Below are positions 1 to 13,100 of a stretch of DNA of 62,628 bases, piece by piece. A program made the position numbers and the translations under genes. The DNA comes from Chiloscyllium plagiosum (lineage: Eukaryota): assembly GCF_004010195.1 (NCBI RefSeq), contig NC_057718.1, positions 66,750,590 through 66,813,217 of the forward strand, in the 5' to 3' direction. The notes beneath the pieces were generated by a model that saw nothing but the letters and a program-made list of their open reading frames with translations, ran no database searches and was not told the origin of the DNA. Numbering within the stretch: the stretch's first letter is position 1; each line of letters starts with the position of its first letter.

Positions 1-3000
1 TTTTTTTTAATTCCATATCATCCTGTAAAATAGGTAATATTGCAATTTCTGACCACGCTGCTGTATATATGGAAACTAAGGTGAGGAACAGTGGGACATC
101 CCCTCGGCATTGGCGTATGGGCCCCTTCTTAATGAAAGATAGTAAATTTGTAAAGTACTTCTCTCAAGGATTTAAAACTTTTTTAGAAATTAATTCAGGT
201 ACAGCTAGCAACCCGTCAATGATGTGGGAGACCATCAAAGCTTACACGCGAGGCTTGATCATCTCCTACTCAGCGACCCAGAAGAAATTAAAGGGAGAAC
301 AACAGCGTCTGCTTGAAGCCCGCTTAAAAGCGGCTGAAACAGCATACACTGATAGACCTTCTATTATTAAATTGCAAAGGATTACAGCTCTTAGGACAGC
401 TCTAAATACTACACTTGCTCAAACGGCTAAGAGGGAAATATTATTTGCAAAGCAAAGGTTATATGAATATGGCGACAAACCGGGTAGATACTTAGCATTT
501 CTTGCAAAGAAAAAAAAGGCCCCTCAGACTATTACGTCTATCCAGGAAAGTACGGGTATTTTGACTCATGATCATAAAAAGATTAGTGCGATCTTTAGAG
601 AATTTTATTCTGAGTTATATAAATCACAGGATTGTGAAGATAGGACGAAGAGGATGCAGTCATTTTTTAAAAATTTGACTTTTCCAGGCCTAACTCCGGA
701 ACAAGTATCGGTCCTAAATGCTCCTCTTACACTCCAAGAAATACTTGATGCAATTAGGCAACTTCAGAATGCTAAGGCAAAGAATTTACAGAAATATTGG
801 CTGGTCCACTTATGGACATGTATAACTATGCATATAGTCAGGGCTGTCTCCTGCCTTCGCTGAAAGAGGCAAATATCTCTCTTATCCTTAAAAAAGGAAA
901 GGACCTAGAAGATTGTACATCATACAGACCAATATCCTTGCTAAATGTAGATTTTTAAATCCTTTCTAAAATGTTAGCACTGAGACTAGAAAGGATACTG
1001 CCACATATTATAAAGGAGGATCAGACGGGGTTTATTAAGGGCCGTAGATCATCCAATAATATTAGAAGGGCTCTGAATATGATTCAAGCCTGTCATCAGG
1101 GAAAGATACCAAGAGTAGTGGTTTCATTAGACGCGGAAAAGGCACTTGATAGGGTCGAATGGTCATATTTGTTTTACACATTGGAAAGGTTTGGCGTTGG
1201 ACAGGTGTTTACCAAATGGGTCTCAACATTGTATAGTGATCCCAAAGCAGTTGTGGTTACCAATGGATTAGGTTCGGATAGCTTCAGTGTGGGTAGGGGC
1301 TGCCGTCAGGGATGTCCCCTCTCGCCATTGTTATTTATGCTAATAATTGAACCATGAGCAGAAGCTATACGAGCTGATCCTAATATAGTGGCCCCTTTAT
1401 GCAGATAAAGGGTATTCCTCAGTAACCCTCTGATGTCCATACCTCGCCTAATCCAAGTTATCAATACATTTAGTGCATTCTCAGGCTATAAAATTAATTT
1501 ATGAAAATCGGAGGCTATGCCAATGGGTGGTCTTGCTATGATACCCCGCTTAGCGGACGGATCCCATTTTCCCTTTCGTTGGAGCCCGGAGGGCTTCTTA
1601 TATTTAGGCATTTTTATTACTCCAGTATTTGGTCAGTTGTATAAGGCTAATTTTGTGTATTTACTGGAAAGGATAAGGCAGGACCTCCAGCGATGGGGAG
1701 ACCTACGAATTTCCTGGTTGGGTAGAATAGCACTAATTAAAATGAATGTCCTGCCCCGTCTCCTATACCCTATGAGAATGCTTCCGGTGATGCTGCCGAG
1801 GACGGCTTTATGTAAATTATATGGCTGGCTGGGTTCCTTTATCTGGAATCATAGGTGGCCCCTCATTAAGCTGAAGAAGCTACAGCTTCCAAAGGCAAGG
1901 GGAGGATTGGACTTCCCAGACTTTAGGAAACATCAGTTAAGTTCCCTATTAAGTTACATAGCTGATTGGGTCTTGTCTGATCCACAATCAATCTGGTTGG
2001 ACATCGAGGCCTCTCAAGTAAAATACCCACTTATTAACCTTTTATTCTCAGACAAGAGGAAAATCATTACAGATCACTGTAAAAACCCTATAACACTAAA
2101 TACAATCAAGGCTTGGAATATAATGCGGCAAAATGAGGCCAATTCCCCTAAAACATCCCCCTATGCACCTATAGTGGGAGCATGGGGATTCCAAATATGG
2201 GATCAGGATCTGGGACTAGAAATCTCCACAGAAACGTGGAATGATATCTGGGAAAATGCTAGAAGAATTACTATTTGTAACAGAACCCAGGCTATCCAGC
2301 TGAAGATACTTCATAGGGCCCATATAGCACCGGTTCGATTGGCAAAATTTAAGGCAGGAGCATCTCCAATGTGTCCTAAATGCAAAATAGAGGTGGGCAC
2401 TCTTGTACATTGCTTATGGACCTGTCATAAGATCCGTAGATATTGGACTATAGTAGCAAGTACCCTGACAGAAATTTTAGGAACGGAAATTAAAGTGGAC
2501 GCTGTATCTCTCCTCTTGGGCTTTTCGAACTTTCCCTCCCTGGACATGTACGGGAAGAGACTATTTTCTATCCTCTCTTTCTTGCAAGGAAAAATATTTT
2601 GGTGAACTGGGCGGCTGAGGGCCCCCCTGGATTTTCAAATTGGCACAGACTAATTATGGAATGTATTCCCCTTGACTTCCTTACAAATATGGTGCACCGA
2701 AAGATCGAATTATTTTATAAAATATGGCAGCCCTTTTTGAATTACATAAATGCAGATATTTCGGCTATCCTAACAAGGGCTTTTATTTAATTGAGCTTAC
2801 AAACCTGGCTGGTCCGGGGCCCCTCGGGGGAGGAATCCCGCACGAATATGGGTTTTAATACATCTGATGTTAACACATTCCAAGCATGTAAGAGACTTAA
2901 ATATACACCCTGGTTAGTTGTAGGTTAGATTAGTAGATAGTTGAGTTTTGTTTGTTTTTTTTTCTTCTTTTTCGTTTTTTTTTGTTTTGTTTTTTTTGTT

Positions 3001-3120
3001 AAATTTTGGCTATTGTATATTTGAGCTAATTGTATATCAATGTTTATATCTGAGAGTTTTGTTTATTTTTGTAAACTTGTAAAAATGTTAAATTTCTAAT
3101 AAAAATATCTATAAAAAAAA
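1..3120 (+). mobile_element. L1-clade LINE, 3' part of ORF2 (frameshifted, internally deleted) plus 3'UTR and poly(A); antisense within NOX intron 7
   Basis: ORF fragments 69-2790 show WETIKAYTRGLIISYS, DQTGFIKGR, LDAEKALDRVEW, GCRQGCPLSPLLF and a C-terminal CPKC-x8-H-x4-C knuckle. T-rich 3'UTR, AATAAA 3098-3103, A-tail 3113-3120. Confidence 0.92.
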
Positions 3121-3430
3121 CCTTGTAGCACAATTGATAAACCTTGGTTTCCTGTCCCTCCATATTCCTATTACTTTCGAGAGAAGAGATGATTTAGATT
3201 CTGACATTGGTTTGTGTGCCACAACTGTTGACGTGATAGAGGTTAGCTAACTTAGCACAAGCAGTGATCAAAACTGCAATCATCCTGACCTTTGTGGCTC
3301 ATTAAGGTAAGTTATGGTAGTGCAGTTGTTTTGATCGTGATCAAGTATCTAACATCATGAACTTAGTGGACCCTCTTGTGATGCAGTAGTAGTGTTCCTA
3401 CCCCTGGACCAAGAAACTTAGGTTCAAATC

Positions 3431-3574
3431 TATGTTCTATGGACAAATGTTCGGCACAACATCGTGGGCCGAAGGGCCTGTTCTGTGCTGTATTGTTCTA
3501 TGTTCTATGGACAAATGTTCGGCACAACATCGTGGGCCGAAGGGCCTGTTCTGTGCTGTATTGTTCTATGTTCT
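3431..3574 (+). repeat. Tandem 68-bp duplication of a CR1-type 3' end inserted in a tRNA-derived SINE B-box
   Basis: Identical units starting at 3441 and 3509 (ggacaaatgttcggcacaacatcgtgggccgaagggcctgttctgtgctgtattgttctatgttcta); AAATC duplicated at 3426-3430 and 3575-3579. Confidence 0.85.
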
Positions 3575-3972
3575 AAATCCCACCTGCTCCAGAGGTGTGT
3601 AACATCATCTCTGAACAGAATAATTAGAAACATATTTTAATTTTTTTTTAAATTGCATTAAGTATGACCATATTGTCAAGTCTATCACCAGGAAAAGTGA
3701 TTGTGGAATCTATTGGATTATTGTAAAGATTTTTTTTGTTTTCCATCAAGGGAAGGAAAAACCACTCATATTCAACCTTAGTCCACACCATGTGGCTCAT
3801 TTTTAATGCCTTCTGAAATGGTCCAGCAAGTCACCTTTTTGAGCGAAGAATGTGGCTTCATCAGTGTAATACAAATTCATTGTGCCACTACCCAACAAAC
3901 CCTCATGCAGCTCCATAAAACAGAACCATAAAATATTGAGGTATTTCATTTAGCTTAAAGATTCTGACTTAC

Positions 3973-4102
3973 TACTGGTTCATTTCCAGCAAACTGTGGT
4001 AATGGGCATTCTGGGATGTCTCCCCATTCTTCATAATGATCTTTGCAGTATGTAACATTGTGCTCCTGAAGACTCTGACGGGTTTGTCCTCGAACAATGC
4101 GG
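3973..4102 (-). CDS. NOX3: NOX3-like coding exon 7
   Basis: Acceptor tgtgtttcag, 130 nt, donor gtaagt; RIVRGQT...HNVTYC...W...[11 protein letters not shown] (extracellular loop E with two cysteines). Confidence 0.95.
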
Positions 4103-7100
4103 CTGAAACACAGGATCGCACAATCAACTATTTACTGCCTAATTTTATGAAGGATTTTTGGAAATTAAAATATAAATTCAATATTTTAAACATCCTTATT
4201 GTTTCTATAATTTTCAATTATAGTTTTATATAATAAATCTATTACAGTTTTTCTATCACAAAATATAATTTATAATCTTTATCCTAAACATCTGTTATTA
4301 TTGATTTTAATTACAAATACATTCAGTAGAATATCAATTTAACAGTCCTTAAGATAACTTATTTGTCAGGTGAAAATGTTTGGTATGAAAACACATTGCA
4401 TACAATCTTCTTAATATCATAAATAATACAGAATTACAATATCTGTTGGGTGATGATAGAACAGTTAAAGAAGTGTCCATAGTACATTAAATTACATTAA
4501 CTTTGCTCTCTACTCAATCAAAGAAAAAAAGGTGAATTTATTAAAAACAATTAGTTTATATTTTAACCATTCATATTAAATCAGAGAATGTGTCATGGCT
4601 GGATAATGTTGCTTTGGTGGCCCAGAAGTTTAATATCACTTTGAATGGGAACTCCATCATATCAAACAATATCAAAATATCAATATAAAAAAAACACAAA
4701 TTGAAATTTGTTCAGCCAAAATATTGTCAAATAAAAAAAACTGATCTGATTAAAAGTCACTCTTATACCAAATATAATAATCTTAAACTGCTTTTATGCA
4801 TCAAGAGACGCAAGTGGTTTAAAATTGTCATAGGTTATAACATAAATGAAGTAGGCCCATCTTTCCTGTGCCAGCTCTTTCAAATAGGCAATCAATTAAT
4901 CCTACTCCCCTTCTCTTTCCCCTTTTCCCTGATCCTAAACTTTCTCAAATCTGCTGACTTTGGTGGCACAGGGAGTATGGGCATCAACCATTTCCTGGAA
5001 GTGGGTTGTTCATTTAAATATTTTAATGAAGTTGTGTGCCTCAGATTTTATTTGTCTTTCCAGTTTAACATAAACCAATTGTGTCTTCTGGATTCCTGAT
5101 AAATCAACAGTTAAAAGGAAGTGCGGATTGTTGTGCTTATCAGCGATGAGAAGCAGGAATACTTCATCCCAGCAATCCAGAAAGCCCGCTGCACCTTGAT
5201 CAAATCGCAAAACACAAAAATTTGCCTTATGATTTTTTTAACCTAGTTCCACTTCTCCCACTGTGCCCTTGCATGTTCTTCCTTTTCAGAAACTATCAAA
5301 GTCCCTCTTGATTGTCTCAATTCAAGCTATCTCTACTACCATCTGAGGAAGTGCATTTCAGTTCCTAACCATGAGAAATATCAAAATTCCAATATTTTGT
5401 ATGTTTTTTTCTCTCTGCAAAGACAAAATATATAACTGATTTAGAATCTATGTATTTATAGATAATTTTAAATGAATAAAGCATGTTTATGAAATTTTTA
5501 AAAATCCTAGCATGTTTAAAATTAAAATTGCAATCCGCTAAACACACTCAGAACACTAAATTAGACTTGTCACTTCCAGAGCTGGGTTCAAATCTAGTCA
5601 TGACTGCCAAATAATTGTCTCCTCTGTATGTGAACTGTGCCTTTGTCAACTGAATTTTCATTGCCAATTCCCACAGTGCATATATTACATATAGTATAAA
5701 ATGGTGCCATCAATTTGCCTGTATCACTTAAAAGGCCATACACTAGTTGATGTGAGAAAAAACAGCCAGATCTTCTTGAGGATAACACCACATCGAAGAA
5801 TGACCCTCCTCACTCTATCTGTTTCAAGTTCTCGACCAGAATTAGAATGCTAGTTGCTTCTGGGCTACACTCTCTGCTGTTATGTTGCCCAACGTATTGG
5901 GTCCTAAGCCACCAGTCAGGATGACTTCCGCTAAAATTCCTGTTGAGCAAAAACAGACTCAAATGCGAGAATCTCCTTAGAATTCCTTCCTCTTGATCTT
6001 GATCTAAGATTTAAGTATGTAAACTCATAGGAAACTGTAGTCTTGCATCTCCTTTAAAATGATGTATTTAGTTTATAATGTGACTCCTGAAGATTCCTAT
6101 TAAATGCATCACACTATACTTTTCTGCATTAAGTTTTATCTGCCCATATCACTATGCCATATGTATCCTCCAGAAATCTATGGCTACCTTCCTCACTGAT
6201 ACCACATTTCTATTTTGTCATCTGAAAACTTTGAAACTGTGACCTGCATAATTAAGTTCAGGCCATTAGTATGTCAGAAAGAACAACTGTAACACTGACC
6301 CCTGAGGAACTCTATTGCATACTTCCCTCCAATCTGAAAAGCACCTGCTCACTCTTACTCTCTACTTTCTCTGCCTTAGTCAATTTTGCATGCAATTTCT
6401 GTTCAGTTCTGGCATTACCCTTTTTTAATGCCATGTGCTTCAGTTTTTTCTAACAAATGCATTATGTGTACTTTATCAAAAACCCGTTGGCAATCAATGT
6501 GGACAACATCATCTACACTATGTTCAGCAACTCTATTATTTTGACAAAAGTGCTTAATCAATTTTGTCAAACACAATTTTCCTTTAACAATCCATAAAGT
6601 TTGTCATTTATGAACATTTATTTTTCTTAGCAACTATTAATTAGAAGCTACATTTAATAACGCACAAGCCCATGTTTTATGTAGATAAAAATAATTGGTG
6701 CAATATTATTTTTTCCTTTTTAATTAGGGGAAAGGGAATCTTGGAGACTTGGAAAATCGTAAGACATTGGAGCATTGAGACAAGGTAGCTGTCTCACTAG
6801 CCCGAATAAAAGGGTTTCCATTTTAAAAATGCTACCCTGGATTCACAGGTTTGACTGGCAAAGGCTAGGAAGCACCATATTTCTTCCAGGGTGGATGTAT
6901 ACCCCAAGAAGGAGCCTCCACAGAGAATGGAAAGAGGGCTTAATATCTGGAATATAGTACTGAGTAGATAGGAGCAGTGATGAAATAAATTCAATGACCT
7001 CATTCAGATGGACAAAATGAGTGCAGCTGAACATCAAATCTCAGACCCCTAACACTAGTCAGGAAGCACAACTTGACCCTATGTCTCACTCGTATTCACC

Positions 7101-10100
7101 GCATTCATGACACAAATACACACTCACAATCTCTGCATGCTTCAGCAAGCCTATTACTATTTAATTGTGTCAGACATGTCATTAAAGCATTCTGACATGC
7201 AGACATTGAATTTCTGCCCTCTTTCATGCAGGAAAATGTAATCGTCACCAGGAAACCGACTGACAAGATCAATGCAGGACCAGCACACCTGGATTCCCCT
7301 GGAAGAGATAGCGAATTGAATTATTAAGCTCAAAGCCATAGAGCCCATGACACCCACTACTGCTGAAGTCTTCATGGATGAATTTGCTGCCTTATGCATC
7401 AATTTCATTTATTCTTCATACTCATCTGAAAAAGGCTATCAATTAGAAACTGCTAATAGAGTGACCATTAGCCAACTCAACTCTTCCCATATGATTTCAA
7501 GTTTACGGACAGTCAAAAACTGCTATCTGAATAGCCACTGCAACCTCATGAAGAAGTATAAATAGATCTTTAACAAGGAAACATCATCATTTGACCTTAA
7601 AGTGGCTGCCACCTTTTCAGATATTTGCAAAAGGAATAGTATAAAGGCGACTGCAGATTTGGGATCTGCATGTGGTAAATTGGAGACGTGAGTGGGAAGT
7701 ATTGGACTGGGGAAAAAGGCCTACCATTCAATGGGAACTGCCAGAATAGTGAGACATTCACTGAATAGAATTTCTTGTTATGATTACACACCAACTCCAC
7801 ATTGATTAAGAGGTAGCTTTGCAAATGTGATAACTTTCAGATTGATGTAAAGGCTTTGAGTATCACTCTGACATTGGTGGGCCCAGCGCAAATGGCGGCA
7901 AGGCAGTGACGGAGGACATATGCCCAACAGCAAAAATGGTGCCTGAAGAGTGGCAATTTCAACATTGGTAGGGTTCAATGTAGGTGGCTGCGAGGCAGTG
8001 GCGGAGGGATGGCAACCTAGGTGTCGTTGATGATGAGCCTACTCAGGATTGATGAATTCTGTTTAGGCTATAGCTTTCTATTTTTCATCTTACTCTTAAA
8101 ACGTGGCAACAGCCAAAAAGCTTTTCACTGTATTTTACTGTTTTTCTCACTGTAAAATATACATGACATTACATAATTTATTCATTCATTTATTCAGCTC
8201 TATAGTCAATCATGCCCTGTACCATTAGGAAGCCTGATACTTGGCAAGTCCATATGTCCTTTCATTCTGGTGTTTCCACTTCAGGGAGGAATCCACTTTT
8301 CTTTTATACAAAATAGTTCTTTTAGGGTAGTACAGTTGTTCAGTGGTTAGCACTGCTGTCTCACAGCACCAGGGTCCCAGGTTTGATTCCAGCCTTGGCT
8401 GACTGTCTGTGTGGAGTTCGCACGTTCTCCCCGTATCTCCGTGGGTTTCCTCAGGATGCTTTGGTTTCCTTCCACAGTCCAAAGATGTGCAGGTCAGGTG
8501 AATTGGCCATGCTAAATTGCCCGTAGTGTTAGGTGCATTAGTTAGAGGGAAATGAATCTGGGTGGGTTACTCTTTGGTGTGGACTTATTGGGCTATTTCC
8601 ACACTGTGGGGAATCTAATCTAGACAATATTTCTATGACCTCCTTAATGCTTTTATGCATGACAAATTGAGACACATTGCTCAAGGCACTTGTGCCTATC
8701 TGTGGAATAGGATATAAGGGCATTGGTGACTGGGAGGTCTGTTCTTGCCCTAGCTTGAGGCATTAGATCATTATGGGAGAGGTGACACAACTTTGTGAAA
8801 TGTAGTCTCCTCTGTTCCCGTAATAGGACTGACTTTCCGGGAAGACATTTTGCAAGCATGGTTCTCTCTAGTCTGCATGCATGCATAACCACGCAGCAAT
8901 CTAGGGAGTACCCTGCCGGAGGAAAAGAAAGACAGTGTGTAAGCAGTGTCTGTATTAAAATTGCATATATATGGCCATGTAACATGGTACAATGGATTGT
9001 ACTATGCACAAATAGATTGCATGGAATCATTAGAATGACCACTGTGGGTAGAATCTTCTAGGGAGAACCAACATTTCTTCTATTTTCACAGAACTTTCCC
9101 TATTTGCCTGCTCCACTGCATGATACAGAACAAGTGACAATACAACTATTGCCTCCACTTATATAAGGCAGTTACTTCCCGCACAATTGGTGGTCAGAAA
9201 AGTTCTTAGTGTAAATCAACCTCTGCGTTTGGAGCGATTTTTAAAACTTTAAAGTTTGATCTATACATCAACGTCTATGAAATATTTGACTACCAGGTAT
9301 TTCATAATGAACTTTCTCCAAATTAACTACTGTAAAGGAGAAGATCACCGTTGTGTATTATTAATAACAAACTAAACTTAAATATATATAGGAATGTTAT
9401 TAGAATTTACGACAAACGTAGAACACAATACATTTTCTAAATTGACATTCAGAATGAGATTTTGTTTATAAATTAACTCAGTCCTTCTGATTCACGCAAA
9501 TAGCTTCACATTTTAACCCATCAATTTCTTCATAACTTAAAAGAAACTTTGATCAGATTTTCACTGTGTACTCTCATATCTCCTTTAGGTATACTTCATA
9601 TATCATAAATAAGGATTTAGAGCTTAAATTTACAGCATGTGCTTTGTTGTTAAAGATTAATTCATCAAAATGTGATTCAAAATGCAATAAATATCATTGC
9701 AATTGTTATAACTACAAACACCTATTTTTAATTGCTTAAATGTATAATTAGAATGTAAATGGACTCACATTTTTCTCATATGTTCACAATGCTGATGCCA
9801 CCTGTTTTGTCTGTTGTCAAGGTAAAAATTAATTGCCAGAAATGCTTACCTTTGTCACTTCAATATTGCATGAACATCATAAGCTAACAAATAAAAAATA
9901 CACTTACCCAGACCCATGAATGATGAGACCAATAAAAAATATAATGAAGAGATGGTGAGTGAACCAAAACACTTCATAAAATGACTTCACAATAACCCAC
10001 GTGGAAGAAGTCACCATCAGAACGAAAGCCACAGTAATAATGATGCCAGTCACTCCAGCTGCACTACTTAATAGCTCTTTCACTGGGTTCTGGAAATACA

Positions 10101-13100
10101 GACAGTATCACATAAGTAATCATAAGTAAGTTTTTTTCTATTTCAGAATTGAATCATGATGAACATCTCTTATACAAAAATCTATATTAAATCCCATAAA
10201 TGTAATTTCCTGGATGCCAAGCTCAAAGTAAGAAGTTTGTAAGACTTTGCTCAACTTCCTATAAATCTACCTCTAAACCTTACATTTACTTCTGACTTAA
10301 CTCAAAAAAAATGAGGAGCAAATAAGATGTGATTCTACATTTTAATTGATTGTCATATTCGATCATTAATACGACTTCAATTATGAAACATGTTAAACTT
10401 TCATTAAACATATGCAATTTCTACACACACACACAAATAGGAACTTTGTTTCTGCATAAATTCTTGACATTGGGAAGAAATATGGTAAAATTCAGAAAGA
10501 TAAACAGCTGCTAAAAACATCAATTTTACAGCGTATTTTAATTTAGTTTTGTTAAAACTAAGCAATTGATATTTGCAAACATATTATTTAAATAATTCAA
10601 ATGGCTTTCCATTTTATCAACTAAAGCTAATGATTCCATTCTTTAACCCATTATCTTCATTCCTTAGTTTAATCAATTAAGAATCCAATGTTTGTTTACA
10701 AAGCCAGGCCCTTATATAACCAGCTAAACTTAGTAATGCAAAACATAAATCATAATATTAATTAGTCACTTAAACCATTTGAAAGGGTAGATTCAACAAT
10801 TATGTACATTTAGATATTGCACAGAAATCTCCAGTTGGGTAGTGTGCATTTTATAAACAGTACATAATACTCAGATCTGTAAAAGAAAATGAATTATTAT
10901 GTACATTACTTCAGTTTTTAAACTGACAGCAATTTGTAATTTCTCTCCTCTACAATGGTTGGAATTAGAGCGAACATACCGTGTCATACGTTCTGATGGG
11001 GTTGAGGTAGTTTTCACTGGAGTTCTTCCCAATGCTGGAAAGCCTGATCAGTAAGTCTTTGGCAACAGGTGAATAACTTGCGTGGTATCGTTCAAGATTG
11101 AACAGATGTGCAATTACATGAATAACTAAATGTTAAGACACAAATATTTTATTTTCTACACTTAGGTAGCTTTATTTCATAAAATTATCTATACAATGGT
11201 TTGCAAATAGGGGCGGGATTCTAACATCATGTTGGGGATGTGGTGGGAGGTAGGAAGGCTTGTAAAATGGGGTGAGTAAGTAGTGTGTCTGTCAACTTTC
11301 CATTGTCATGTTGTTCTGCCAACACTGGGAGCTGCAGGGTATCACATAGAGAACATTAGTGGTCAAATTAAGCCACTTTAGTGGTCAAATAAGGGCTTCT
11401 TCCTGTCTTCGCTGTAATTCTGTTAATGATAGGAGGACTCCTCCATCTGGGAGAGTTTGAGATAAGTAATGGAGGCCTTTTGGCAGATCCCAAGGGCCCT
11501 TTCTTTTCAGGCAATCCTTGGTCCAGAGAGGTGTTCCTGACCAATGGCAATAATGCCACCTGACCTCGTGATTACCATCATTTTATTCAAAGTTTGTGTG
11601 GCCTCAGCACTGGAAAAAAATGTATATGTAGATATCAGATAATGCCAGCAATGATTTGGCTGTGTTGTCTACTGTGAAAAAAATTCTGCCAATGCCATTG
11701 GCAAAGAACAGAGGCTTAGGTTGTGCATTAGTTATGTACATAATATTTAGAACCTTAGCTTGAGTCAATACTTGCAGAACATGGAAGAAATTGGAGAAAG
11801 CAAATAAACAAACTGAACTCTGTGGCATTTCCAAAACTCCAGGCTTCATGAAATATAGCAGTTGAAGAGAAGCAAGAACAAATGGAATCAACAGGTAAAT
11901 GTTTTGCTGGCACAGCTTGTGAGTCAGGAAAAGAATGTATGTTTACTGTAGGTTCAGGGACACTGGGAGCTTGAGACGCAGTGGATGGCTGGCTATTGGA
12001 TCAAAGTTTCTGTAGATACATTTGGTGTCTGATCAAAGACACATTGGAGTGGCTGGACAGATACTGGGGAGTGAGTGACATCAGAGGGGCTGTTCACTTC
12101 ATGTCGAGGGCTATTGAATTAATACCAATTTATCTAAATATTTTTACAATGAATAAATATATAATTATAGTTTAAAGTGTAAGAGAAACCGAGGTTTGGG
12201 ACAACTGTAATGTCAAAAAGCAGCTTCTTCATTCAAGGTATGTGAACAGAATTATATCCTGGTTTGGAAATTCATGTGATCTGTATTTTCCAAGGCTTTA
12301 TTGATGTGTGCTAAATATGGGATTTAGATTTTGGATTGTATCTGGCTTTATCCATGAATTTGGGCAAATTAGGTCCTACTCTGAATTTCATGACATTTTG
12401 GCTGTACGTACAGGGAGACAATGTGGGGAGGTATTGACCTAATGGTAATATTAGTTGGCTATTACGCCAGAGACCCTAGGAATGACCTGGGTTCAAAACC
12501 CACCACAGCAGATGATGGAATTTGGATTCAATTAAAAAGAGTCTAATGATGACTATGAATCAATTATCAGGAAAAACACATCAGGTTCACTAATGTCCTT
12601 GAAGCAAAGAAACAACCATCCTTGTCTGGTGTGGAGGTGCCGCTGTTGTACTGGGGTAGGCAAAGTCAAAAGGTGAGGCACTGGAAAAACACAGGTGGTC
12701 AGGCAGTATTCGAGGAGCAGGAGAGTCAAGAGAGTTTTGGGCATAGGCCCTTCATCAGGAATGTGGTAGGAGGAAGGGGGCTGAGAGATAAATAGGAGGG
12801 GAGGTGGTGCTGCAGGGAAGCTAATTAGGAAGCCAGTAGGCAGATGCAGGTGGGTGATGGTGATAGATCGGAGAGGAGGATGGAGTGGATAGGTGGAAAG
12901 GAAGATGGACATTTGGGACAGTTCAATAGGGTGGTGCTAAGTTGGAGGGTTGGATCTGGGATGTGGAGGGGAGAAGGGAAGATGAGGAAACTGGTGAAAT
13001 CGATGTTAATACTGTGTGGTTGGAGGGTCCCAAGGCGGAAGATGAGATGGTCTTTTTCCAGGCATTGGGTGGCTAGGATTTGGCAATGGAGGAGGTCCAG

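Noticed and set aside
69..2790. Active L1 reverse transcriptase gene
   Set aside because: Frameshifts, internal deletions and a degenerate YADD motif.
3121..3972. Search for NOX exon 8 (WKW...P...LY..ER)
   Set aside because: No matching minus-strand sequence found; it presumably lies left of the window.
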